From: Cycas panzhihuaensis
Taxonomy: Eukaryota > Plantae > Cycadophyta
Assembly: GCA_023213395.1 (NCBI GenBank)
Contig: CM041465.1
Coordinates: 209,257,741 to 209,321,740 of the forward strand
Reading direction: 5' to 3'
Length of the DNA stretch: 64,000 bases
The notes beneath the pieces were generated by a model. That model had not been told where the DNA came from. It saw only the letters and a program-made list of their open reading frames with translations, and did not search any database. Position numbers and translations under genes: made by a program. This document shows, piece by piece, positions 12,456-24,299 of the stretch; position 1 is the stretch's first letter, and each line of letters begins with the position of its first letter.

Positions 12456-15400
12456 TGTTAAAATGTAATGTTTTATCTAGACAAAGAGGGGTCATGTTGA
12501 CTCACCCCTTAAAATGTAACTCCAAATAGGAGTTGTGACACTTGGTAGCCTTATGTAGGTCAATTACATTTTTATTTTGTAACGATCATCTTAGTGATGT
12601 ATATTTAAGAGGAATGAGACTCTATGTAATATCAAGTTCTGATCTTCATTTTGTCTAAGTCAATTTTCTATCATGGTATCAGAGCAGGTTATCCTGTCTG
12701 CTTAAGAGAGGGTCCTTTGTGTGTAATAGAGTCTGTTCTGAGAGAGACAAGGAAGCATGTAATACAGGAGACAAATTGAAAGTGAAGTGAAGGATCCAGC
12801 ATGTCTAGAAGTAGATCTGAAGACAACAGGAAGCACCGTACGGTCACTGTACGGACCAGAAAATTTAAATATCTTAGATCAAGATAAAATTTGGCTATCA
12901 AGTAGATCTTGACCTCCTCTTCAATGTTTCCTTCTGGATCAAAGTCATTTGAAGAAGTTTTGATAGGGTTTTTGCCCCTTTATCAGTCGCATGGATTTGA
13001 AGGTGTTTCAGTAAATTTCTTCCATTTTTTTTGAAATTCCTGAGTCAAATCTATTGTAAACCTGGTGTCTAGGTACTACAAAAGTTTTGTGACAAACTTT
13101 GAGGAATTCTATAAAGTATTTTTTTAATTACAAGCAAAAATGTGTTGTGCCCTAACTACATTTTCCAGTTTTTTTGGTTGATTTTCTCCTCATCCATAAA
13201 CTGTTTTGGAAAACTAATACCAGATCTGGGATCCTCGTCTCATAACCTCTCTTTCAAGGTGCATATCGTACAATTTCGTACAAGTTTAATTCTATATGAA
13301 AATCCATACCGTGTACGGCCTGCACTCTGTCTCTCAGTATCTCAGCTATCAAAATGGCTTCAAGTCTTTTCTCTCTACTAGAATTAGAAAAATTGACTGA
13401 TTCAAACTATCATATTTAGAAAATTAAAGTAGAAACTATCTTAAAAATAAAAAATGCTTAGAATATTACAATTGGTACTGAGACTTGTCTAAAAGACGCA
13501 GATGCTAAGCTAGCCAACTGGGAAGAAAGAAACAATATAGGTGTGCACATTTTAAAAATGTCGATTTTTGACTCAATTCTAATATATGTTGAAAAGCTGA
13601 ATTTGTGCTCTGACATTTGGAAATGTCTTGAGAACCTGTATGGATAGAAAAATAAAGCAAGAATAATTGCTCTCAAGGAAGATTTGTATAGACTGCATAT
13701 TAAGGGAAATGAAAATGTAACAGATTTTATGCAGAAGGTTTTTTTAATACAAAATAATTTGTCAAGTGTAGGAGGTTTGATTTCTGAATAAGAGCTGTTA
13801 GAATTAATAATAGCCAAGCTCCCAAAGTCTTTCGATACAACCATCAACACCATTATAAATACTGAAAAAATAAATAAAATAACTCTTGATGAATTGACGA
13901 GATTACTGTTGAGACAGGAATAAAGGAATAAGAGATATGAAGATTCCTCAAAATTTGAAGATGCCTTTATGTCCAGATTGAACTTGGGCTCACGTAGCAG
14001 AAACCAAACCCATGGACGAAGCATAACACTTGACTTCAGAGGACGAGGCCGGTGGCAAGACCCTAGGGGACGTGAACGAAGCAGAGACCCAAGGATTTGT
14101 TTCAATTGTAGAAGAACCAGACATATCTCGAGTGCATGTAGAATCTTTGACATATGTTACCATTGCAGACAAGGTGGACATTACCCTTACAAGTGCCCTC
14201 AACGAAGAAGTGAGATTTAGAAAGGGAAAAGACCTATTGGTGGCTACAGCAAAGAGAAAGCAGATGAAGATGAAGAAGAGACTGCCTTCATCGTTGCCTT
14301 GGCTTCCAACCTCAAAGACAATGATACATGGTACATTGATTCAGGAGCTTCAAGACACATGACTAATCATGAAGATTGGTTTGAGACATTGGAACCCTAT
14401 AACCTTGATAGATCAGTCGAATTGGGTGATAAATTTTGTCTTGATATAAAAGGAATTAGAACCGTTGCTGTCAACTTGCAAGGAAATGTAAAAAAAATTG
14501 GAAACATTTTATTGGTTCCTGATTTAAAAATGAACCTTCTTTATGTTTCCTAACTTAGCAAAAAGGGATTAAGAACCATCTTTGATGAAGATGGATATTG
14601 TTGTATTCTGGACATGAAAAAAAATGGTGAAACTATTACAAGAGGCATGAGATATAATGACTTGTATAAACTTCTGTCGAATCCTGTACTTCCAGATCTA
14701 GAAGAAAAAGCTTATACTGTTGCCAAGTCTAGTAATAAAATTTGGCATTTGAAGTATGGGCACCTTCCAATTGAGACATTGAAATTGATGAAAATTTCTG
14801 AAATGGTAAATGGATTACCTTGTATCTCTTCTGATAACTTTATTTGTAAAAGCTGTCAGTTTGGGAAACAACACCAACTCCCTTTCAAAGAAAGCACCTG
14901 GAGAGCAGAATCGAGGTTGGAGCTAATTTATATATACCTCTATGGTCCCATCTCACCACTTACTATTAATGGATGCAGATATTTTTTGACCTTCATTGAC
15001 GATTTTACTTGAAAAGTATGCGTCTACTTTCTCGACAACAAATAAGAAGTTTTTGAAATATTTAAAGAGTTCAAAGGTATGTAAATGGAGGCGTAAGCAA
15101 AAAGTAAATGCATCTACGATTTGAGGAGGTGAATATATATCAAAAGAGTTCTAGAACTACTGGAGAATTCACGGAATCCGCAGATAGCTTACAACTCCAT
15201 ACACACCACAATCAAATGGCATAGTAGAAAGAAAAAATAAAACCTTAATGGAAATGGCAAGAAGCATGGTCTATGAAAAAGGTATACCAAAAAACTACTA
15301 GGCCAAAGCAGTGAGTACAGCATGTTATCTCATAAATCAGTGTTCCACAAAGGCCTTAAAAAATATGAAGCTTGGATGGGCAGAAAGCCTAATGTAAGTT

Positions 15401-17682
15401 CACTCAAAGTTTTTGGGAGTCAAGCCTTTATTCATATACTAGATTTAAAAAGGTCTAAATTAGATGCAAAAAACATAGAATGTATTATGATAGGATATAG
15501 TAAAAATTCAAAGGCCTACAAATGCATAAATCTTAGAACCAACAAAATCTATATGAGTGGAGATGTAGTTTTTAATAAAGGAGATATTGAATCTGGACAA
15601 ATCAGAATAATTGACGAAGGAGAGAAGATTGCCGAACAGGAAATTACAGAGATTGATCAAGAAATTGAGAAAGAACCTATTGCTGAGGTAATAACAAAGG
15701 AAGTTTCAATTTCTCTTCCTACATCTAGCCAAAATCAAACAGGAGTAATATTAAATCAACTGGCAGATGAAATTGTCAATCCAGAAGAACTTAGTACTGA
15801 AGAGACCACACAAAAACAAAAGAAGCTACCTAGATGGTACATTAAAACAATTGAGGAAGGACAAGGCAATGTAATGAAACATAGAACAAGAAGTCAAAAA
15901 GCTAGAGCCTTGTTAACCAAGGTCAAACCTTAGACATTTCAAGAAGCCCAAGAAGAACAGGTATGGAAAACAGCCATGGATAATGAAATGGACTCAATCA
16001 AAAGAAATCAAACATGGGAATTGGTAGAATTACTAGTCAATAAATCTGTAATCAGTTGTAAATGGGTCTACAAGACTAGAGAAGGGTTAAATGGAAAAAT
16101 AGAAAAATATAAGGCTAGATTAGTTGCAAAAGGATACACTCAAACAACCAGAGTAGACTTTGATGAAACTTTCTCTCCTATTGCCAAAATGAATATAATA
16201 AGAACAGTGATTGCTCTAGCTGCAACTCAAAACTGGAAAATCTTTCAACTAGATGTAAAGAGTGCCTTCTTGAATGGAGAATTGGAAGAAGAGGTCTACA
16301 TGAAACAACATGAGGGATATGTTAAAAAAGGACAGGAGAATCTAGTGTGCAAACTAAAAAAGGCACTATATGGGCTGAAATAAGCTCCTCGAGCCTAGTA
16401 CGCTAAACTAGATCGTTTTCTGGAAGAAAACAACTTTGAACGTTGTGATTCGCACCCAACTGCATACATAAGGAAAAAGGAGGTCAAAGTCACAATAATT
16501 GTTGTTTATGTTGATGATATGCTAGTCACTGGTAGTGATAACGAAGGCTCTGAAGACATAAAAGAACAACTTCAACAAAAGTTTGAGATGACAGACCTAG
16601 GTCTTTTGAATTACTACCTGGGACTGGAGATAGGACAATAACAGAATTGTATAACTCTATCCCAGAGTAAATACATCAAAAGTCTACTTATCAGATTCCA
16701 AATAGAAAACTACAATCACTGTGCCACACCCATGGAAACAAATTGTGAATTGATAGCAGACGAAATGGAAGAAGGAGCAAATATCAATCTGTACAGACAA
16801 ATGATCGGAAGTCTGATCTACCTTACAACAACCAGGCCTGACATATCTTACTCAGTCGGACTTGTATCCAGATATATGCAGAATCCAAAATTAAGACATT
16901 GAAAGGCCATAAAAGGAATTCTGAGATATCTTAAGAGTACCATAAATCTAAAATTGGTGTATCTAAAAGGAGGTTCAGCAAAATTATCAGGATACTGCGA
17001 CTCTGACTGGGCATGAGACAAGGAACAAAGAAAGTCCACTAGTGGATATTGTTTCTTTATAGGTCCTTCAGCAATATCATGGTGTAGCAAGAAGCAAGCC
17101 ATTATTGCATTGTCTTCCACTAAAGCAGAATACAATGCAGCTACTGCAGCAACATGCGAAGGTGTTTGGCTAAGACAACTTCTGTTTGATTTAGAACAGC
17201 AACAGAAAAAAGTAACTTCTCTCAAATGTGATAATCAGAGCACTATCAAATTGATTAAAAATCTAGTCCTTCATGCAAGAATCAAGCATATAGAAGTTCA
17301 TCATCATTTCATAAGGGAAAAAGTACACAACAAGGAAATTGACTTAGAATATTGTCCGTCTTCAGAACAAGTTGCAGATCTTCTGACAAAATCTCTTGGA
17401 AAAGAAAGATTTCAATATCTAAGAAACAAACTAGGGTTATTGGAGATAAAACATTAAGAGAAGGTGTTAAAATGTAATGTTTTATCTAGACAAAGAGGGG
17501 TCATGTTGACTCACCCCTTAAAATGTAACTCCAAATAGGAGTTGTGACACTTGGTAGCCTCATGTAGGTCAATTACATTTCTATTTTGTAACGGTCATCT
17601 CAGTGATGTATATTTAAGAGGAATGAGACTCCATGTAATATCAAGTTCTGATCTTCATTCTGTCTAAGTCAGTTTTCTATCA
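12456..17682 (+). mobile_element. Full-length Copia element B (5.2 kb), youngest paired-LTR element, related to A
   Basis: 218-bp LTRs at 12456-12673 and 17465-17682 with 7 mismatches, PBS tggtatcagagc at 12674-12685, PPT aagagaagg, perfect TSD ttctt. Confidence 0.97.
13354..17457 (+). pseudogene. Copia B gag-pol with in-frame stops and frameshifts
   Basis: CCHC knuckles, WYIDSGASRHMT, CKSCQFGKQH, YFLTFIDDFT, IFQLDVKSAFLNG, VYVDDML, HARIKHIEVHHHFIREKV. Confidence 0.95.
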
Positions 17683-17901
17683 TTCTTCATATAACAAGAT
17701 AAGGGAACAACATTACCTGGTAATAACTTTGTCTTGCATCAATGCTTGGTATAACTTAAGAAAATAATGGCCTTAGGGCTTCACCTTCCATACTTAGATT
17801 CTCAATCTGGCAATCAATTCTATGGAGCCACCTCCACATACACCAATAAAATGGTGAACCTATATAAGGATGAGCTTGACAAATAACCTACTCTGATACC
17901 A

Positions 17902-18304
17902 TGTTAAAATATTCAATAGAAATCATTCAAGATTATTCAACATTAAGAACAATCGAATAATGAACGTAATGAAGATAGCATTAACTCATAATGATAATGT
18001 CTACATCATAATAACACCAGATGGATAACATCATAATGAACTCCATCTTTACTCCATATCTACCACTCTACCTCAACCTCTTATTTATATATCATAAGTG
18101 AGAGATAGTAGGATGAGGTCTGTAACATGTGGGATAAATGATCTCTAATATAACTAATGACTTATTGCCTACTTGTTAACTAATAACCTAACGACCACTT
18201 AGATGCACAAGTGTGCATTACATAAATATTATAATATTGACTCCTAGATATGACATTCACCTAAATAGTTTAGATACTTATACATTAAACATTATCTTCC
18301 AACA
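17902..18304 (-). repeat. 5' LTR of element C
   Basis: tgttaaaat...ttccaaca; matches 2608-2754 plus 8874-9134; adjacent PBS. Confidence 0.9.
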
Positions 18305-20866
18305 TATCAAACATCTCAAAAGCTTTAGAAAGATGATTCTTAAGATAATTGATCTGAGAACTATTATCATTTGTAATAATATGGTCATCGACATAGAGAA
18401 TTACAATAAGTATCTCACCATCCTCATGTTTTATATATAAACTATGCTTAGATTTATATCTAGTGAACCTATAAGAGATGAAGTAATCATCAGGACATAA
18501 ATATCATACCCTTAGTGCCTACTTAATCCCATATAAGACTTTCTTCAACCTGCATCCAAGATGCTCCTTACTAACCTACACAAAATATTTAAGCTATTAT
18601 ATATAGACTTCTTCATCAAGAATGCCATGAAGGAAAGCACTCTTAAGATCCATTTAGTGGAGTTTCAAACCAAAATAAGATGTAAGATTTACCAACATTT
18701 AAATGGTAATCATTTTGGCTATAGGTTAAAAAGTCTCGTCAAAATCTACACCTTCAATTTGCACATATCCCTTAGCTATAAGTCAAGCCTTATATTTGTT
18801 AATAGCATCATCAAATTAATACTTCACTTTATAAACCTATCTATAATTGATAGTTTTCTTATCTAAAAGAAGCTCAACAAGATTCCATGTGTCATTTTAA
18901 AGAATGGAGTCATACTCCTCTTATATAACTAACTATCAATGAGATGCATCCTTAACTTTAACAAATAATTCAAGTTGATTAATGCATAATTGACTTTACT
19001 TTGTATCTAAATATCTACATCAATGTTGATGTCATCAATCTTAGAATCTTTACTGGTTTAAGTATACCATCTAAATAACTTTTTAATAGGAGATAAGGAA
19101 GATATAACATCTATAGGAAATATCTCATTCTTATTACTCTTTTTATCAATTTCATTCATTATTTTTGTGCTTTTAGCATTAATATTTATAATAGGAATAA
19201 TGTTTTCATTAAACAAAATATCCTTGCTATTACAATCTTCCTCTATGAAAGATCTTAGAGCCTATATGGTTTAGATGACACACTATACCCAGTAAGAATA
19301 CACTTATGGCTTTTGTCATCAAGCCTTTGTCTCTTTATATTAGATATATATACAAAAGTAGTACATCCAAACACTCAAAGATTACAAATGAAAGGTTTTC
19401 TATTTATCCAAGCTTCTTTAGATATAATGTTTTAAGCAATTATAGTTATACTACTATTCAAAGTATACATAGTCATATTCATAGCTTCATCCTAAAAACC
19501 ATTTGATACATTTTTTACTTTAATGATACATCTATCCATCTCATTAATGGTATAATTCTTTCTTTAATACATTATTTTATTGTGGCATATAAGATATATC
19601 CAGTTATCATCAAATGCCATGATCCTTATAAAAAATAGTAAATTTATTTATCACATATACCTCTAATATTGTTTCTTAAAATTTTAATCTTCTTTCTAGA
19701 GAAGGTTTCTGCTTCATCCTTAAACTACTTAAATATTGTAAATGCTTCTAACTTATTTTTTAGAAGGTAGACCTGAGTTTTCTTGATAAAGTTATCAATG
19801 AAGGTCATGGAGTACTTTACACCTCTAAGTGAAACTAGTACAAGTGGTCTACACAAATCAGAATGAACCAACTCTAATTTATCTTTATCCTATTATTTAG
19901 ACTTGACAAATTTCTCCCTATGTTACTTCCTTAATATGCATATATTATAGATTTTACTATGTTTCTGACCTAGAGAAAGATCATGTATCATTTTAACTTA
20001 CTCGATAATTGAGGATTGTAATAGTTTAAATAATTGAAGTGGTCATGCCATAAAGTATTAGATATAGTTACAATAAAACCATACTTAGGTGTGCCAGAGA
20101 ATTCATATAAGCCATTCTCTTTAACTCCTTAAGTAATAACAAAATTACCATCTTTTATAACACACTTGATGACATTAAACTCGACCTTTAATTTTAGTTT
20201 AGCCACGTGGCTTATAGAAAGTAAAGTATACTTGAATAATAGTACATAAAGTACATCAAAGATCTTAATCTTATAGCTAAGTTGATTGAGAATAATTATG
20301 TGATGACCATCTATATTATGTTGGCTAACATCACCTAGAATAATGGTTTTATTATGACCACATTTAAGTTCACTAAACTATTCTTTATAAAAAGTAATAT
20401 GGTTTGAGGCACCAAAATCAGTATGCCAAGTACCATTCATGTTAGAAATAGCATTAAATAAAAAGATTTTCTTATAATTAGTAGATAAAGTAATAGTTTT
20501 CCTAATTTTCTTCTTTCTTTTTCTAATATTTATTTTTATGGAAATCTTTTTTATTATAATAAGTGCACGTAACATCTGGTTTAGGCTTGTTATAGGATTC
20601 ATTCATGTTATGAGAAAGTGGTTGATTTTGTTTAGGAGCATTTATCTAAAGATTATTTCCAAATTAAGAAGCTAATGCCATGTTGCCACTGTAACCAATG
20701 CAACCTCCCATGTGCTACTCCTCATGCAAGAGAACTCTAGTTAACTTTGCAAAAACAAGTGGTTGTACTCTCTCTACTAGACATAAACTAGTTACAAAAA
20801 TATAATAACCTTCATGTAGGCTCTTAAGTGCCCACATGCTCCCTATCCTCTACATTCTTACCTATT
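18305..20866 (-). pseudogene. Copia D: RT N-terminal half, integrase, protease and gag C-terminus
   Basis: Minus-strand WHTDFGASNHIT (ORF 20378-20602), LELVHSDLCRP, SAFLHGILDEEVYI; heavily decayed. Confidence 0.85.
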
Positions 20867-21982
20867 TGGAAAAAAAATAAAATTAACAAAAAGTAATAAT
20901 ATACAAATAAAAAGAAACATGAAATACCAAGATCACAATGGTATCCTAAAGCTACCTTAACTTAGATCAATACCATAAGAATAATTGTATAATAATATAT
21001 CCATGTGATACATTGAGTGTGTATTTATAATACACAACTTGGCTATACATGGTATCTACCACAAAATACCAACACCATAATGTTCATTACAACTTTTCCT
21101 TATAAAGCATGACTACCCCATAATGCATATTTAGGAATATAGATGTTGCTTTAAATTTGTAATGCTTGATCTTTGGAAATGTCTTAAAACTAATATCTAA
21201 AACTTGGTCTTCAATTTGATCTTTAACTTATCCATATTGTATTAACTCTTGAATGTAGTAATGATGCTTGATCTTGATATGCTTCATTCTTCTTAATAAA
21301 ATTAAGTCTTTATCATCTATATAGTATTTTAATTATCATACTAAATCTTTGTAAATTCATTTTAATTTTGATGTACATCTTATAATATCTCTCGTAAATT
21401 TATGATTTCATAAACTTTTACTTGGACTTCTTTATATTTTGCTTCAAGTCATCATTTTGAATCACTTGAGATCTTGTCATTCTCTTAATAAAATTTAGAT
21501 CAAGAATATCTCCTAAACTAGGCTCAATCACAATCTATTTATCTTCATCAACTTGTAAATCTTTCTCATTATTTGAATAATCATGATAATTTTTTAAGAC
21601 TTCTATACTCAAATTTGAATCAATATTCAAAAATAAGAAGTTCACTTGAGTTTGAATAATTAGTAATATTAGTAAATATAAGTAAAATTGATTCATCTTC
21701 AACTTCAAATACAATCTCCTTTAAAATAATAGGAACATTTATAGAAATGAGTAAAAAAACTTTGACATCTTAAATTGCTTGATCATAATCATTAGTATAT
21801 TCTTCACATCCAATAACAACAACATGTTTATTACACTTAACAATAGTAGTCTCACCATATTCAATAATGCATTCAATAGTAGTCTCTTTATATTTAGTAG
21901 TAGATTCATCAATAATGTTTTCAACTATGTTCTTTTATCATACATTTTCATCATGTTCTTGATATTCCTTCTTAATATAAAC

Positions 21983-22627
21983 TGTTGGATATTGTGACAG
22001 CAATTGTTTAAGGCTAAAATTTTAGCATGTTTTCGGCATAGTTTCCCCCCTAATCTTTCTTGGGGGGTTCCAAGGGGGGCAGGAGCCCCCCTTGGACGGG
22101 AGGTGCCAGGAGTGTGGAACGTCCCCCACTAAGAGGGGGTTCGAGGGCGATAGACCCCAACCCAAAAAATTAGCCTTGTAAACCATATTAAAATGTAAAA
22201 AGAATCAGGGTCATTCGATACAAATACCCTAGATTCTATGGTTGAGATTCATGCATTGGATGTCTCTCTCATGTAGCCCATTTTAGGGCTTTTCTTATTA
22301 TGTTGAATGTAATATAATGTACTGTGAAGAGGGCGGCGACTGGTTGTTGTTCCTGAGAGCACTCTGCTACTAAGATGTACTGTTTCTCCATTCTACAGTA
22401 ATAAAGATCGATACCTTTACTATGTGGATGTTTCCCTAGCACACTGTTATGGTTTTACCACATTATATCGGGTGCATATGCGATGTTTAGCTTGTATATT
22501 GATATTATTGTATTATCTCTGATTTGAGAACTTGCATGTTAAATCTTAGTTTTCGATTCTTGTAACTAGTTGCAAAATAGCTCAAATCTTGTGGCAGTTT
22601 AAAGTTTGGGACCTAGTATTCTCAACA
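21983..22627. mobile_element. Solo LTR I (645 bp), GC- and CpG-rich
   Basis: tgttg...caaca termini and perfect TSD taaac on both sides; no internal domain. Confidence 0.9.
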
Positions 22628-24299
22628 TAAACTTGTATATTTACTTGAGAATCTTGATTACTTATATCTTGATCACTTGTAGTTTTCTAAAAATTTGCTT
22701 GAGAATCTTGTATTTAAAAATCTACTAAATATTTTTGAAACTCCTCTTTAAGCTTGGATCAAACTCATATTTTAAAATATCCCACATTTCCTTGGCAATA
22801 GTAATGTGGTATACATAAGAAAATACATCACCATTTAAAGTATGATAGATCCATGCTAGTCCCTTACATTTTTTTAATTTTAAATTCCTTCTTTTCTTTT
22901 TCTTGATCAAATGTTTACTAGGTAGTAAGATAAAGAGGTATTGGAACATTATATCCTTGAGAAATAATATCCTACAAGTCATTTGAAATCAAATAAGATT
23001 TTATGCCTTTAACACTTCAAATATTTTTTTCATTAAATAATACCAAATTTGAAAGCCCTAAAAATGCTAAAGAAGATACCATGTTGCAAATGAAAATCAA
23101 CTATAATAGGTGTATAACAATCATATCATACTCAGAATATTAACCTATATCTCCTATCCCTCAAATATACATAAGATGAGCTACATAATCATATACATGT
23201 GTTAATAATATGATAGTAACCTTGTCCTTGATGTTAAAACATCATTTTACCTCTTAGTCCTTTATAAGACTTAATATATAAATTATAACAAATTTCTTTA
23301 AAAAATACTTTATAATAGCCTTCTAGGATTTAAAATTTAATTTCCCTAAGGTTAAGAAATAGAAAAAGGGATGATGTAGAAGGTGTAAAGAAAAATTTTG
23401 TCTAAGTACTATGTAAGGATCTAGTATAAAATCTCAAATTTAGAGTAAACTTTATTTATGAAAATAGCACTAAAACATATTAAATCATATACCCAAATGG
23501 TTGTCTCTGAGTTAAGATTCCAATAGTTTAGATGGTTTAGAAAGTAAACTTCTAAAACTTAAGATATTAGAAAAAATACACAAGTACCCTTTTATTAAAA
23601 ATAAAAATCTAAAAAATGGTTTAGGGTTTTAGCACCCTTCATAAATTAGTCAATGGTCATATAGGGACTACTTGTGGCCTTCTATTAACGTAAGGGGGAC
23701 TAGTGACCAAAACTCAAATTTTATATAATATAGTAGGTATAATGAAGAAGAGGTAAGTCAATGCAAGTAAAGAAATAAATAATAAAGAGAAAAATAACTA
23801 TAGAAATAATGTATTAATAAAACTATAAACCGTACAAAAAATAAATAACATAAATAAACCAAGAACATAATAAATAACACTAAGAGATTCTGGTATAAGT
23901 AGGAACCTTTTATTAATTTGAGTAACAACTAAAGAATTACAGAGATGGAAACTCCACCTCTTCTTATTGACTCATTAAAGACTATTCCAACCTTATTACA
24001 TATGTTATTACATAAGAATATATAGATATAAACTTATAAGATACTACCTTGCAGTTTCACAATACAATAGGAATAAACCATGAGATGAAAAAGACCTCTA
24101 TAAGACACCAAAAAACTTTACTCAGGGGCTCTTTCTTGTAAACCTCTACCTATAGGATTATTAGCTCTCCTACACCCCCTAGTTATGGGCCCTATAGTGT
24201 GCCCCTAAACCCACTAAGAGGTTCAAGTGTAATGCTTATATCTATGTAACGCTTACAAAGTGTTCAATATATTTAACAATCTCCTACTTGTTAAACACT

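Larger units (their letters stand above)
2608..18304 (-). mobile_element. Non-autonomous gag-only LTR element C, inserted in the RT of D
   Basis: 5' LTR 17902-18304, PBS 17890-17901, 3' LTR 2608-2754 plus 8874-9134 (split by A), PPT complement ccttccctt near 9135. TSD gatca/tatca. Removing C restores AFEMFDLSFH in the RT of D. LTRs differ at about 16/147 sites in the first block. Confidence 0.88.

Noticed and set aside
13458-14153. 231-aa minus-strand ORF
   Set aside because: It is the antisense shadow of the B gag, with no independent domain signal.
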